DNA from: Aulosira sp. ZfuVER01
GTDB lineage: Bacteria > Cyanobacteriota > Cyanobacteriia > Cyanobacteriales > Nostocaceae
Direction of reading: 5' to 3'
Assembly: GCA_034530615.2 (NCBI GenBank)
Contig: JAVRCV020000068.1
Location: 32,001-96,000, forward strand
Length of the DNA stretch: 64,000 nucleotides
Part shown: positions 50,344-61,693 of the stretch, piece after piece
Layout: each line of letters opens with the position of its first letter
How positions within the stretch are numbered: the stretch's first letter is position 1
Notes under the pieces: model-generated
Database searches by the model: none
The model's input: the letters and a program-made list of their open reading frames with translations, nothing else
Told to the model about the DNA's origin: nothing
Position numbers and translations under genes: made by a program

Positions 50344-52559
50344 ATGAATAATCTTAACATAATCTTGCAATTAATTTCCCTTTTTTGGCCTTCGATATTT
50401 CTTTTAATTTTGATTATAGCTTTTACTATATATCCTTTTTATCATATAAGAACGAAAAAGATAGATTCTTATATTAGGGATATAAGAAAATTTACATTAG
50501 CTTTTATTAATAACACTATTGAATTAGCAACAATTATTATAGTTATTATTTTGTCGATAAGGCTATTGTTTAGCATATTCAATAATGAGTTTTTTTTAGA
50601 TATAGTTAGAATTATAAAAAAAGACGAAATAAGTGTATTATTTAACTATATTGTAAATCTTTTACAGGTTATATGCATTATATTTTTACTGGGAACTATA
50701 GTTTTATTTTTAAGGTGGTTATCTAGTAAAGCCAAAGGTACAGTAATTCTTCCATTTGAGGATACAACAAACGAAAAATTTGGAAAAAAAGTCGGACAAG
50801 CAATTAGTGATTCTCTATCCTCCGAACTCCACCGAATTTGGCAAATTTATGTAAGTTATTCAGATATTCTTGAGCGTGAAGAAGAGTTTATAAGGCTTGA
50901 AACACAAAACCTGTTCTATCCTTCTCCAATAAGTTCTAATCAAGAACAACTTATAAATCAATTAGTTAATGTTGGAACTTTAGAGTATGGTAAGACAAAA
51001 TTTTCTATAGGTGCGTTACTTTTAATATTAAAATATTTATGGCCTTTCGGTGGAGTAGAACGCTTAATTACAGGAAGTATACAAGCATTGGGTTCAAAGA
51101 TTCGTTTAGTAGTTAAATTAGAATCTGGTAATGAAATAAAAATATGGGAAGTAACCCACGAAAATGTAGAGAATGGGTTATTCCCTGAAATAATAAGAGA
51201 GCTTGCTTACAAACTTAGCCAATTTTTAATATCTAATAATCAACAAAGCTCATGGAAAGCATTTAAAAATTATACTGAAGCTATTTCTAAGTTTAATGAA
51301 TATCGGACAAATAAAGACTTTTATAAATTAACGCAACAGTTTGCCGAACTAAATGAATTGTGTATAAATAACTCTTTGAAACAACTTGAAGAATCATTAG
51401 GATATTGTTTGCAAGCTATAAATCATGACGTTTATAATCCGGATATTTCAGTTTTTATGTATTATCTTGGAGCTTCTTATATTGAAGTAGGAAAGCTTGA
51501 TATTGCAAAAAAATTATTCACTTATGCTATGAAAATTGATAAAATATATATTTCTACATTGGTCTTGCAAATGTATACTTAAAACAAGAAAAATATAATT
51601 ATGCTAGCGAGTATTATGAATACGTTAAGGGGAAAGATGATAAATTACCTTATTCCTATAACGGGCTTGGAATTATATATGCCATAAAGGGAGAGTATAT
51701 TAAAGCGCTTGATTATTATAATGAAGCTATAAAGCGAAAGGAAAATTTTTGGAAACCTTATCATAATAGAGCCATCCTATTATTATATCATTTTTCACAC
51801 AATAATAAAGCTAGAATGATTGCAAGAATAGATATTGGGCAAGCCAAATCACATTCAAGATATAAAAATGCAGCACCTTATTCTGCACTAGGTTTAATAA
51901 ATTTTCATGATGCAATTGAAAATAAATTTTCAAATAATGAAGGACAAATTGAATTAACAGAAGAAGGAAAAAAATTATTAACAGCGGCACGATTAGAAAT
52001 ACAACAGGCTATAAATATTGAATATGAACCTTCTTATTATCCTGAATATTATTGGAATTTGGGCTTAATATTACTTTGGCAATGCAACTTAGAAGAAACT
52101 TATAATGCTTGGCAAAAGGCTTTCAGTTTTGCATTAAAATATAAAGAGAATGAAATTTGTAAAACTGTTTATGAATATGCTTTAAATATTTTAAATAATA
52201 AAAATACGACAGAGTCATCTAATACTTTTAATTATAAAGAATATTTGAGCAAAATTCAGACTCGTCTAAATGAAGCAGGACAATCATCTAAAACCGGACG
52301 TATTGAAATGATGCTAGACGATCTTTACACAATTCAAGAAGCCGCAAATATTTGGAATAAAAAGCAATTATTGAACTTGGAAGAATTGGGAAAGATTATT
52401 GAAGTTTTTAAGGATAAAATTGGTAAGCATACAAAACCTCAAAATAATAACGAAGATAAATCTAAGGAGAATGATAGCAAGGTAGATAAGCTTTTAGATA
52501 AACTGTATTCAAGCTATTCTCATAAGGGGATGACAAATCAGATACAGCACACAAAATAG
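50344..52559 (+). pseudogene. TM plus TPR protein split by one frameshift near 51545
   Basis: The -1 frame from ~51543 reads NIYFYIGLANVYLKQEKY...YNGLGIIY...YHNRAIL (TPR repeats) and continues without a stop into ORF 51816-52559. Confidence 0.8.
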
Positions 52560-52812
52560 AGGAGTATGATCGTTTTGAGATCACAGAATAGGTCAAGTCT
52601 TCTCAAAAAGACCTATCAAATGATAATTTAATCTCAATTCAACAAGAACTGCTTTCAAAATGTACTGGCACCCTTGCAGAAAAGATGCTCTCAATCTTAA
52701 TTATGGTCGTTCGAAATAACAATGTTAATTTTACTCAGAAAATCATAACATCCTGACCAAAATAGGTATCTTTGGCGTAAATTTTCAAAGTAATTGATAA
52801 TAGGATACTTGT

Positions 52813-53181
52813 ATGGCAGACAAGGAAATTGTCAATTTTATTAGTGGACATCTAGACCTAACTCAGGCGGAATTTGATTTGCACTACCGCTTTTTGATTG
52901 ATCGGGCTATCGAACAATATCAAAGTTTTGTTGTGGGAGATGCGCGAGGTGCAGATTTACTTGCACAGCAATATCTTTTTGCAAAAACAGACGCGGTTGT
53001 TGTCTATCATATGTTCACGAGTCCTCGGAATAACGTTGGATTTTCAACTCGCGGTGGATTTGAAAGTGACGCAGAGCGAGATGCACAAATGACACGTGAT
53101 TCTCATCAAGATATTGCTTGGGTAAGACCAGGTAGAGAACGGTCTGGAACACAGGCGAATCTAGATAGAAGGTTCATATAG
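52813..53181 (+). CDS. SLOG-superfamily-like (YspA/DUF2493-like) small protein
   Basis: FISGH, VVGDARGADLLAQQY glycine loop, RDAQM..SH..IAW...RSGT. Confidence 0.6.
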   Translation: MADKEIVNFISGHLDLTQAEFDLHYRFLIDRAIEQYQSFVVGDARGADLLAQQYLFAKTDAVVVYHMFTSPRNNVGFSTRGGFESDAERDAQMTRDSHQDIAWVRPGRERSGTQANLDRRFI

Positions 53182-53218
53182 CTTGGTAATTTCGTAAACT
53201 GCGGTTGTTTTCGGCAAA

Positions 53219-54700
53219 ATGCTCAATCAAAACCAAACACCATTAATAGACGCTTTAAAAGCTTGTGCAGCAAGCCCTCATACTCCCTTTTACACTCCAG
53301 GACATAAACGGGGAGAGGGAATTGCTCAACCCTTAGCTGATTTACTTGGTAAAGCTGTGTTTAGCGCTGATTTAACAGAGTTAGGGGATTTAGATAATTT
53401 GTTTGCACCCCAAGGCGCGATCCGACAGGCGCAACAACTTGCGGCTGAAGCTTTTGGCGCTAAACAAACATGGTTTTTGGTCAATGGTTCTACCTGTGGA
53501 ATAGAAGCAGCTATTCTCGCTACTTGTGGCACAGGGGATAAAATTATTCTGCCGCGAAATGTGCATTCCTCTGCGATCGCCGGTTTAATTCTCTCTGGTG
53601 CTATACCAATTTTTCTCAATCCTGAATACGATCCAGTTTTAGATATTGCCCACAGTATTACACCAACTGCCGTAAAATCTGCCTTACAACAGCATCCCGA
53701 TGCAAAAGCAGTGTTCGCACTGTACCCAACATATTACGGCGTTTGTGGAGATTTGGAAGCGATCGCCCAAATTACCCATAGCTACAATATCCCTTTACTC
53801 GTAGATGAAGCCCACGGCGCACACTTTGCTTTTCATCCCGAATTACCTACCCCAGCCTTAGCCTCTGGTGCAGATTTAACTGTACAATCCATCCACAAAA
53901 CTCTGGGTGCAATGACCCAAGCTTCCATGCTGCACGTTCAAGGAAACAGGATAGATTGCGATCGTGTAACTAAAGCTTTGCAATTAGTCCAGTCTACCAG
54001 CCCCAGCTATATACTTTTAGCTTCCCTGGATGCGGCACGTCAGCAAATGGCATTGCATGGCAAACAGCTCATGTCTCGTACTTTGCAACTTGCAGATGCA
54101 GCCAGAACCAGAATTAGCCAAATTTCGGGTTTATCGGTTTTAGATATTCCCCAAGTAAAATCATCTGGCTTTGTAGCTTTGGATAGAACCCGCCTCACTG
54201 TCAAGGTTTCTGGCTTAGGTCTAACAGGATTTGAGGCTGAGGAAATTTTAGATGAAAAACTTGGCGTTACGGCTGAATTCTCGTCGCTGCAACATCTGAC
54301 GTTTATTATTAGTCTCGGCAATACCCAAGCTGATATTGAGCAGTTGGTTCGGGGTTTTACTACTTTGGCTCAGATAACCCCACCGCTACCGGAAAAAAAG
54401 CAGTTCATTTTCTGGGATGATATTTTTAAGTTGGGTAATTCTGTGCAAATTTCTCCCCGTCAGGCCTTTTTTACCCCTACAGAAACTTTACCTCTAGAAG
54501 AAACGAGCGATCGCATCTGTGCAGAAATTGTTTGCCCCTATCCCCCAGGAATACCCATATTAATGCCTGGAGAATTAATTACTAAATCTGCTCTTGAATA
54601 CTTGCGACACATCCAAGCAACAGGTGGATTGATTACTGGTTGCCAAGATTTGAGCCTCACAAATCTTAAAGTTCTCATAGAAGGAGACAACCTATTGTAA
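53219..54700 (+). CDS. Lysine/ornithine/arginine decarboxylase family PLP enzyme
   Basis: PGHKRG, LVNGSTCG, PRNVHSS, VDEAHGAH, QSIHKT (PLP lysine), STSPSY, PYPPGIP. Confidence 0.92.
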   Translation: MLNQNQTPLIDALKACAASPHTPFYTPGHKRGEGIAQPLADLLGKAVFSADLTELGDLDNLFAPQGAIRQAQQLAAEAFGAKQTWFLVNGSTCGIEAAILATCGTGDKIILPRNVHSSAIAGLILSGAIPIFLNPEYDPVLDIAHSITPTAVKSALQQHPDAKAVFALYPTYYGVCGDLEAIAQITHSYNIPLLVDEAHGAHFAFHPELPTPALASGADLTVQSIHKTLGAMTQASMLHVQGNRIDCDRVTKALQLVQSTSPSYILLASLDAARQQMALHGKQLMSRTLQLADAARTRISQISGLSVLDIPQVKSSGFVALDRTRLTVKVSGLGLTGFEAEEILDEKLGVTAEFSSLQHLTFIISLGNTQADIEQLVRGFTTLAQITPPLPEKKQFIFWDDIFKLGNSVQISPRQAFFTPTETLPLEETSDRICAEIVCPYPPGIPILMPGELITKSALEYLRHIQATGGLITGCQDLSLTNLKVLIEGDNLL

Positions 54701-55023
54701 TGAGGTTAGTAACGCTTAGTGAAATTCACAATTCACAATTTGTAATATCAATTTTAAAACAATAATGCGATAGATGAGTAAGGCACGAAGAGAAGAAGTA
54801 TAGAGAGAATTTGGCGCGGCTTGACAAAGACGGAATGAGTTATGAAAATTATTTTTTAACTAACCGCAAAGTAGGCGAAGCAGAAAATTTTACGAAATAT
54901 GTAAGACTACTATATTTATCATATTGACATGAGAAATATTTCCGGAGATTATAGAAATATCTCTCGATGAAAAAAGTATTAAAATTTTACTGTCCCATTA
55001 ATAAGTTTACAAAAATAGATAAT

Positions 55024-55524
55024 ATGAAAATTAAAATTTTGATCTCAGTAGTTGCTATTTCACTAGTAACCACTGTTAACGGAGTAGTTTTTGCTCAAAC
55101 TCCTAATAGGACAACTGCACCTGCTACAAATACTCAAGACCCAGATAAGATAAATAACATCAAGAAATTATTAGAAATAACTGGGACAAAAACCCTCTCA
55201 AGACAAATCATCAATCAAATGCTAGTTGCTTTGAAAGGCGAATATCCTCAAGTACCGCAAAAATTTTGGGATACTTTTGTAGCAGAGCTAAAACCAGAGG
55301 ATATGACCAATGAATTTATTCCTATTTACAGCAAATATTTTACAAATGATGAGATAAAACAAATCATTGCCTTTTATCAAACACCAATAGGACAAAAAAC
55401 TCTTACGGTTCTTCCTCAGCTTTCTAGAGAATCGGCAGCTATTGGTATAAGATATGGAAAAGAAGCTGCCGCTAGAGCTATTAAGAAATTAGAAGCCGAA
55501 GGATATATTCACCGTCGTCAGTAA
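55024..55524 (+). CDS. DUF2059-like secreted protein
   Basis: Signal peptide; IPIYSKYFTNDEIKQIIAFYQTPIGQK. Confidence 0.8.
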   Translation: MKIKILISVVAISLVTTVNGVVFAQTPNRTTAPATNTQDPDKINNIKKLLEITGTKTLSRQIINQMLVALKGEYPQVPQKFWDTFVAELKPEDMTNEFIPIYSKYFTNDEIKQIIAFYQTPIGQKTLTVLPQLSRESAAIGIRYGKEAAARAIKKLEAEGYIHRRQ

Positions 55525-55528
55525 AAGT

Positions 55529-56140
55529 TTATTTAAACCTGATTTGATTTGCTTGTAGGTAAACGATTTGGTTTTTTAATCCTTGAGCTTCAGTAGCTGT
55601 TAAACCCTTCCATTGCTGCTGTGCTTGTTTTACACTAGGCACTGGTTTGAGTACGCCTGCTAGATCTAGAGTCTGTCCTTTTTTGACAACAATTTTGTTT
55701 TCAGCAGTTCCTGCATCTAAATTGGGAGCTAAAACCACGAATACTCGTTGAGTATTACTTGAACCAACCCAAAAAGTGCGATCGCCTACTACACTTTGAA
55801 CGTTCACATTTGTAAACTGCACTGGTCTATTTACCAGTGTCTGTTTGTTAGCATTGGTAATTAATAATACGTCCGTTATTGGTTCAGTCTGAACAATAGT
55901 TGTCACTTGTGGGCTTGGGGTGACAACAACGGTAGTTGTTGGCTGTGGCGTAGCAGTAACGGTAACTGTTGCTTGTGGTGTAGGAACGACAACAACATCA
56001 GGTTGCTTCGGCTCGGGAACACAAGCAGTAATTACACTACTAAATAGTGTTAAAATCGTTACTTTACCAAGCCAAGACTTTGTACTAATAAGATTACTAT
56101 AGCTTTGTATGATGTTTAAAGCGTACTTATGACTATGCAT
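55529..56140 (-). CDS. Putative lipoprotein with Pro/Thr-rich linker
   Basis: Lipobox ITAC; NVQSVVGDRTFWVG beta domain. Confidence 0.7.
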   Translation of the reverse strand: MHSHKYALNIIQSYSNLISTKSWLGKVTILTLFSSVITACVPEPKQPDVVVVPTPQATVTVTATPQPTTTVVVTPSPQVTTIVQTEPITDVLLITNANKQTLVNRPVQFTNVNVQSVVGDRTFWVGSSNTQRVFVVLAPNLDAGTAENKIVVKKGQTLDLAGVLKPVPSVKQAQQQWKGLTATEAQGLKNQIVYLQANQIRFK

Positions 56141-56364
56141 TTTACTATTAAGATACTTAATACTAAGTTGATTTAACTATTAAGGCTTTTAGCATTTGAG
56201 ACTTATAAAAATCCTAAGCCTAGATGCTCCAGGCGCAGAATAAAAGCTGGTATTACCTTAATATGCTTACTTTAAATAATAAGAAGATAATTTCGCTTCT
56301 ATCTAACGGAATAATATCAAAGCAGAGACTATTCCAGTATTTTTGTGTAGTGCGATCGCGCTGC

Positions 56365-58371
56365 TCAGTTATGATGAAAATGTTTTTGTAACATTACCAG
56401 CCAGGCTTGAATAGCAGATTTTAATCTTGCTCTTTCAGTTTCTTTAATACCTTGAGGATCGAAGCGATCGCGGTAATGCAGTTCAACTAGCGATGTCAAA
56501 TCAGCAATTAAATCTGAGCTAGGTAATTCTTCTTCCAGTCTCTTGATCCAGTTTTTTAAAGACTCTGAAGGATGACGGCTTAAACCTAACTCTTGTAACC
56601 TTTTTTCAATTAAATAAAATTCATAATCTCTTTTATTTACATCAGATTTTGCAACTTGTTTAGTTAATATTTGTTTCGTAGATAAACGGCGAACTTGATT
56701 CTTAGAATTAAACTTCCACAACCGCAGAAATATTAATGGCAAAATCAGCCACCATCCATATTTAAATAGATTGCTAACTAAACTAGAACGTAACCAGCCT
56801 GAGAGTTTGAAACTAAAAAACGACCATAAATCAGAGATAAATGCTAATTTAGAAGCATTTGCATTCTCAATACTTGTCCAATCAGCAGGTGTGGTGTCAA
56901 AAGCTTGCCATCTACCATTTATATATGCCAATGTCCAAGCATGAGCATGGCGGCTACGAACTATGTATTGGTTCTCTAATTGGCTAAATTCGTGAACCGA
57001 ATACCCTACAGCATAACGCGCTGGTATACCCGCCGCCCGTAAAAGCAGTGTGGTTGCAGTGGCAAAATATTCACAGTGTCCAGCGCGAGTTTTCAATAAA
57101 AATGTTGATAAAGGTGTTGACTGATTGTTTTTACCTGTAAGTTTCAAAGAATAACGAAAATTTTTAATCAAAAAGCTATCCACACGTTCTAAAATTGCTT
57201 GGGGCGATTTTCCTGTAATATCTAGTTGCCTAATAATTTGGTTTACTGCTTCTCTTTCTGATTTGGCTATTTGCAGATCGTCTTCTGTTGGTGGGCTATC
57301 CAAAGAAAGACTTTTATTAAATAAGATTCGGTAAGCGATCGCATCAGTTTTTCCCTCTACTTTCACCGTACCATATTTATTTTTCTCCATTTGGCTGACT
57401 GGTAATTCTTCAATTTCAAATGTTCCGTCAGCTAGCCTTAACAAGCCTTTACCTTGATTAAGGGTTGCAGAAATCGTAAGTTTTGAGCTATTGCCTGAGT
57501 TATTGCCTAAACGCCAACTCTTACCATTAATCTCAGGTTGTACAGGAGTAAAAGTAGAATTTGATGCCACCCAAAAAGCAGATTTATATTTATCATAAGT
57601 TGCTTCTTTTAGCAGCCCGGGAGCAACTTTTTGACTATCAGCAGCAACTCGAAAAATAATCTCATTTGACTGTTTTAATGTTCCAATCTCACCGATACTA
57701 GTTTGCTTTGTTGTTGAGTCTGTTAGTTGTCCAATACTGTTATTATTGCTTAACCATGCAACAACCGTATCTTCTAACTTCTGTTGTAGATGATATACAC
57801 CTATTTGTCCTATAAATCCCATAATTCCAGCAAGCAGAATGAGACTCAGCCAAATACCAGGTGAAAATCGTTGCGATCGGATATACCAAAAGGCAATACT
57901 TGTCAGTAAAAACATCCCGATATAAAAAGATATATCCCTAGTATTAGCGACTCCAGCAGATAAAATACAGAGAGCAAAATAGGGATAACCTAAACTAATA
58001 ATGTAGCTGTTTGATTCTGCTTTAATGAGATTTTTTAATGATACAAAAAGTGTGCGAATATCAATACTTTCATTTACAGAGTATGTTTGAGCAGCCAGCA
58101 GGGGAAAAAATACTAATGGAAACCACTGCAACAGAGTATAAACTAAGTAAATTGAGCGTTGAGTAGTTAAAAGAGAAACAAATACAATAATCAGAATCAT
58201 CAAACACAGATTAGCAATGCGTCGGAAATCATCAGGGGAGAAATCCCAACGCGAGTTAATCAAGCGATATCCTGATAAAATCGCAGCCATTGGTATGGCA
58301 AAAATCCACATTCCTGTCTGCCAACCCCAAAAGATTAAAGCAGCACTCAGGAGAAGCACTGGCGCTTTCAT
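56365..58371 (-). CDS. Transglutaminase-like membrane protein
   Basis: Multiple TM segments; GHCEYFAT, HAHAW, FDTTP catalytic triad. Confidence 0.9.
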   Translation of the reverse strand: MKAPVLLLSAALIFWGWQTGMWIFAIPMAAILSGYRLINSRWDFSPDDFRRIANLCLMILIIVFVSLLTTQRSIYLVYTLLQWFPLVFFPLLAAQTYSVNESIDIRTLFVSLKNLIKAESNSYIISLGYPYFALCILSAGVANTRDISFYIGMFLLTSIAFWYIRSQRFSPGIWLSLILLAGIMGFIGQIGVYHLQQKLEDTVVAWLSNNNSIGQLTDSTTKQTSIGEIGTLKQSNEIIFRVAADSQKVAPGLLKEATYDKYKSAFWVASNSTFTPVQPEINGKSWRLGNNSGNSSKLTISATLNQGKGLLRLADGTFEIEELPVSQMEKNKYGTVKVEGKTDAIAYRILFNKSLSLDSPPTEDDLQIAKSEREAVNQIIRQLDITGKSPQAILERVDSFLIKNFRYSLKLTGKNNQSTPLSTFLLKTRAGHCEYFATATTLLLRAAGIPARYAVGYSVHEFSQLENQYIVRSRHAHAWTLAYINGRWQAFDTTPADWTSIENANASKLAFISDLWSFFSFKLSGWLRSSLVSNLFKYGWWLILPLIFLRLWKFNSKNQVRRLSTKQILTKQVAKSDVNKRDYEFYLIEKRLQELGLSRHPSESLKNWIKRLEEELPSSDLIADLTSLVELHYRDRFDPQGIKETERARLKSAIQAWLVMLQKHFHHN

Positions 58372-59717
58372 ATATGCATTAGTTCCTCTTGTATTTTTCC
58401 CAACTTCAAAAAGTGTAATTTTGTTATTTGATCGTTCATATAATCTGAATCAAACTTATCTAATTTACCTTCCTTATCTGTAACGATCAAAACTAAAGTA
58501 TGGATACCCATACTCTTGAGATAATTAACTAATCTTTTCCTATCTTCGTCCCAACAAAGAAATATACATATACAGCCACTCAACAAAGATAGTTTCTCCA
58601 GCACTACTGGAATAATAGAATCAAAAGATTTATCTCGACAGGCAACAACAGATGCGAGAATTTCTAGCATTTTGTCAGTATGGCTCAGTCCTCTGCCAAA
58701 GGTAAAACAATAAGCTTCATTACCAACAAACATCAAATCTAATAATGATTCTTGGGTTTGAACTTCACAAGCTAATGAAGCCGCAATTGATATTGCTTCT
58801 TCTAAAATTTCGCTATAATTCACGCTTTGAAATGTATCTAAAATCAATGCGTGTCGAACAAAAAACTCATCTTGTTCTTCTTTGACAATTGGCTTTCCAA
58901 CTTTTGCCCAGCTTTTCCAGTGAATTTTTCGCAGCGAATCTCCCAGACGATAATCGCGTAAAGACCTAAATTCCTCTGAATCACCTACAGAAGAGGCTAA
59001 CGCCACACCACCAGATTGATGTTTCTTGACACCTGGAAGTTGAACTGGTGGCAGTTGATATAACTTAGGTAAAATCAATAAAGATTGGGGTAAAGAAATA
59101 CTTTTACACGCTTTAAAAAGTCCAAAAGGATCGGGTCTAGCTACTGTCATACCCGTAATCCGAATAATACCTCTTTGAGTAGGTATGATTTCACCAATAA
59201 CTTCAGTTTTGCTATTTGGTACAAGGGGAGGTAAATCTATTGGTAAAGCGTTACCACATTGTTTGCGAGAAATTAACCACAGCCAACGATTGTATCCCAA
59301 AGAGCGAACAAATGAATTATGCCGAACTTTTCTATTTTCAAATGTTTCTATGAAATCCTTAAAACTTGGGCGAGGGTCAGCAAAATTTTCAAATATTTTT
59401 AGTCCTTTTTGGATTTTGTCGCTTTTGTTATGAATTACAATTTTGTACTTCAGTTTTACACCCACAGTTGCGAATTGGGGTAGATTGCGATTAGCACTAA
59501 AATGATAGCGAAACAGCAAGCTTGAAACTACAGATATGATGAGAATAGATAGCAGAAAAGTGACTATCTGATAGTTCATGCTTTCATTACTAGAACCAGT
59601 TAAAGCGGCTGCGATCGCTATTACTGAAACAACCACGCCACTAACAGTAACTCGTCTGCTTAGTTTGCGGTGAATACCATAACTGAAATAGAAAAGACGA
59701 TAGATAAAAAGTTTCAT
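58368..59717 (-). CDS. DUF58 protein
   Basis: DPFGL, EFRSLRDYRLGDSLRKIHWKSWAK. Confidence 0.9.
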   Translation of the reverse strand: MKLFIYRLFYFSYGIHRKLSRRVTVSGVVVSVIAIAAALTGSSNESMNYQIVTFLLSILIISVVSSLLFRYHFSANRNLPQFATVGVKLKYKIVIHNKSDKIQKGLKIFENFADPRPSFKDFIETFENRKVRHNSFVRSLGYNRWLWLISRKQCGNALPIDLPPLVPNSKTEVIGEIIPTQRGIIRITGMTVARPDPFGLFKACKSISLPQSLLILPKLYQLPPVQLPGVKKHQSGGVALASSVGDSEEFRSLRDYRLGDSLRKIHWKSWAKVGKPIVKEEQDEFFVRHALILDTFQSVNYSEILEEAISIAASLACEVQTQESLLDLMFVGNEAYCFTFGRGLSHTDKMLEILASVVACRDKSFDSIIPVVLEKLSLLSGCICIFLCWDEDRKRLVNYLKSMGIHTLVLIVTDKEGKLDKFDSDYMNDQITKLHFLKLGKIQEELMHI

Positions 59718-59732
59718 CTTTCACGTTTGCTA

Positions 59733-60695
59733 TCAAACTGGAACAGGAACAGATTTGAGGATATCTTCAACAACACTGGTGGCGGTTCTACCAGAGAAAC
59801 GCGCTTGCGGTTCCATAACAAGGCGATGAGCAATTACAGATACCGCAAGTTCTTGGATATGTTCTGGCGTGACAAATTCATAGCCATCAAACAAGGCTAA
59901 TGCTTGAGCAATCTTCATTAAAGCAATAGATGCTCTGGGGCTAGCTCCTAATTGCACGCCTTGGGCAGAACGAGTAGCATTGACAATATCTACAAGGTAG
60001 GTTTTCAATTCCTGAGAAATACGAATTTGTCTGACCTGCCGTTTTAAAGTAATGATGTCCTGCAAGTCAATGCAAGGTTGAATTATATCAATAGGGTGCT
60101 GTTGGATTTGGTCTGAAAGCAGGTTAACCTCGTCTTCCGGCGATATGTATCCCAAACTAAACTGAAGTGCAAAGCGATCCATTTGGGCTTCTGGAAGAGG
60201 ATAAGTACCACGGGATTCCACTGGGTTCTGAGTGGCGATGACAAAAAACGGGTCTTTTAGTTTTCGCAAATTCCCATCAATGCTGATTTGAAACTCTGCC
60301 ATAGCTTCTAGTAGTGCAGATTGAGTACGCGGTGAAGCCCGGTTAATCTCGTCAGCCAAAACAATATGCGCGAAAATCGGGCCTTCGTGGAAATGAAAGG
60401 TACGTTCGTTTGGGTCAAGCATCGAAATACCCAAGATATCCGAAGGCAAAAGATCTGGTGTAAATTGAATGCGCTTGAAACTTACATCTACAGAGTATGC
60501 TAGGGCTTTCGCTAAGGTGGTTTTGCCAGTTCCGGGATAATCTTCTAGGAGTACGTGTCCCCCACTAGCAAAGGCTGACAGCAATTTTCTGATTGCTGCT
60601 GATTGCCCTTTTATAACCTTTTGAATGTTGTTAAAAATTCTTTGATAAATTTCTTTGCTGGGCAAATCATGAGGCTTCGGGTAAGAATTCTCCAT
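59733..60695 (-). CDS. MoxR-family AAA+ ATPase
   Basis: HVLLEDYPGTGKT, RIQFTPDLLPSD, ADEINRASPRTQSALLE, ATQNP, LPEAQMDRF. Confidence 0.95.
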   Translation of the reverse strand: MENSYPKPHDLPSKEIYQRIFNNIQKVIKGQSAAIRKLLSAFASGGHVLLEDYPGTGKTTLAKALAYSVDVSFKRIQFTPDLLPSDILGISMLDPNERTFHFHEGPIFAHIVLADEINRASPRTQSALLEAMAEFQISIDGNLRKLKDPFFVIATQNPVESRGTYPLPEAQMDRFALQFSLGYISPEDEVNLLSDQIQQHPIDIIQPCIDLQDIITLKRQVRQIRISQELKTYLVDIVNATRSAQGVQLGASPRASIALMKIAQALALFDGYEFVTPEHIQELAVSVIAHRLVMEPQARFSGRTATSVVEDILKSVPVPV

Positions 60696-60849
60696 TTTCC
60701 TTCATCACACAGAATGTCATGAAGTTAATGTACCCATTTGCCCCATATAACTTTGTATTCTTCTCTGCATCATTGCAAAATGCCAGAGTCTGCGCTGAAT
60801 TAGGTGAAAAAGAGCGATCGCAACCCACACAGCGATCGCTTCCCGAATA

Positions 60850-61545
60850 TCATTGCCTAGCAAAAGCTAAGTCAGATTCAATGAACTTTGCACCTGTTAG
60901 GTTAGCCCCAGTTAAATTACAGAAGTGAAACTTTGCTCCTCTTAGATCTGCTAGCGCTAAATTTGCTCCTGTTAAATCTGCATTAGTAAGGTTAGCCTCA
61001 CTTAAATTCGCCCTAGTTAGATTCGCCCCCCTCAGATTTGCTTGTTGCAAGTTTGCTTGAGTTAGGTTTACCCTGACTATCTGCGATCCTCTCAAGTTGG
61101 CTTCACTTAAATTTGCTTGGCTGAGGTCTGCTGCTGTTAAATCAGCTTGACTGAGGTCGGCTTGATTTAGTACAGCCCAACTTAACTGTGCATGGCTCAA
61201 ATTAATCTTATTCAGCTTCAATGATGTCAGCACTGCACATCTCAAGTTGGCATTAATAAAATTCCTTTCTCCAATTGCGTAACGTCGCAATAATTCATCA
61301 GTGGTTAATCTGGCTAAAACAGCTTTTGTAGCGCCTTGATAACACCATGTAGCTTCTGTTAATTTGGCAGCAGTATTAACAGCAACCTCATCACATTGGT
61401 CTAATATCACTCCATTACAACCATCCCATTGACCATTGAGCATTAGCGCAATTTCATTAGCAGCAACTATTGAATTAAATAGTAAAACAGATTGTTTTTT
61501 GGAATTTAAGGAGCTAATCAAGCTAATTAATATATTATTTTTCAT
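60850..61545 (-). CDS. Pentapeptide repeat protein
   Basis: LLRRYAIGERNF followed by A(D/N)Lxx repeats. Confidence 0.9.
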   Translation of the reverse strand: MKNNILISLISSLNSKKQSVLLFNSIVAANEIALMLNGQWDGCNGVILDQCDEVAVNTAAKLTEATWCYQGATKAVLARLTTDELLRRYAIGERNFINANLRCAVLTSLKLNKINLSHAQLSWAVLNQADLSQADLTAADLSQANLSEANLRGSQIVRVNLTQANLQQANLRGANLTRANLSEANLTNADLTGANLALADLRGAKFHFCNLTGANLTGAKFIESDLAFARQ

Positions 61546-61693
61546 TTAGCTTTGGATACTAATTTGGACAATAAATACTGACACCGACCTGATAGACAAA
61601 TTGGTGCCATAGTACTATTGTATGCATTTAATTATAGAGAATTAAACTGGAGCAAAATTCACTTGTAAATTACCAAATTTTATAAGCGAATCT

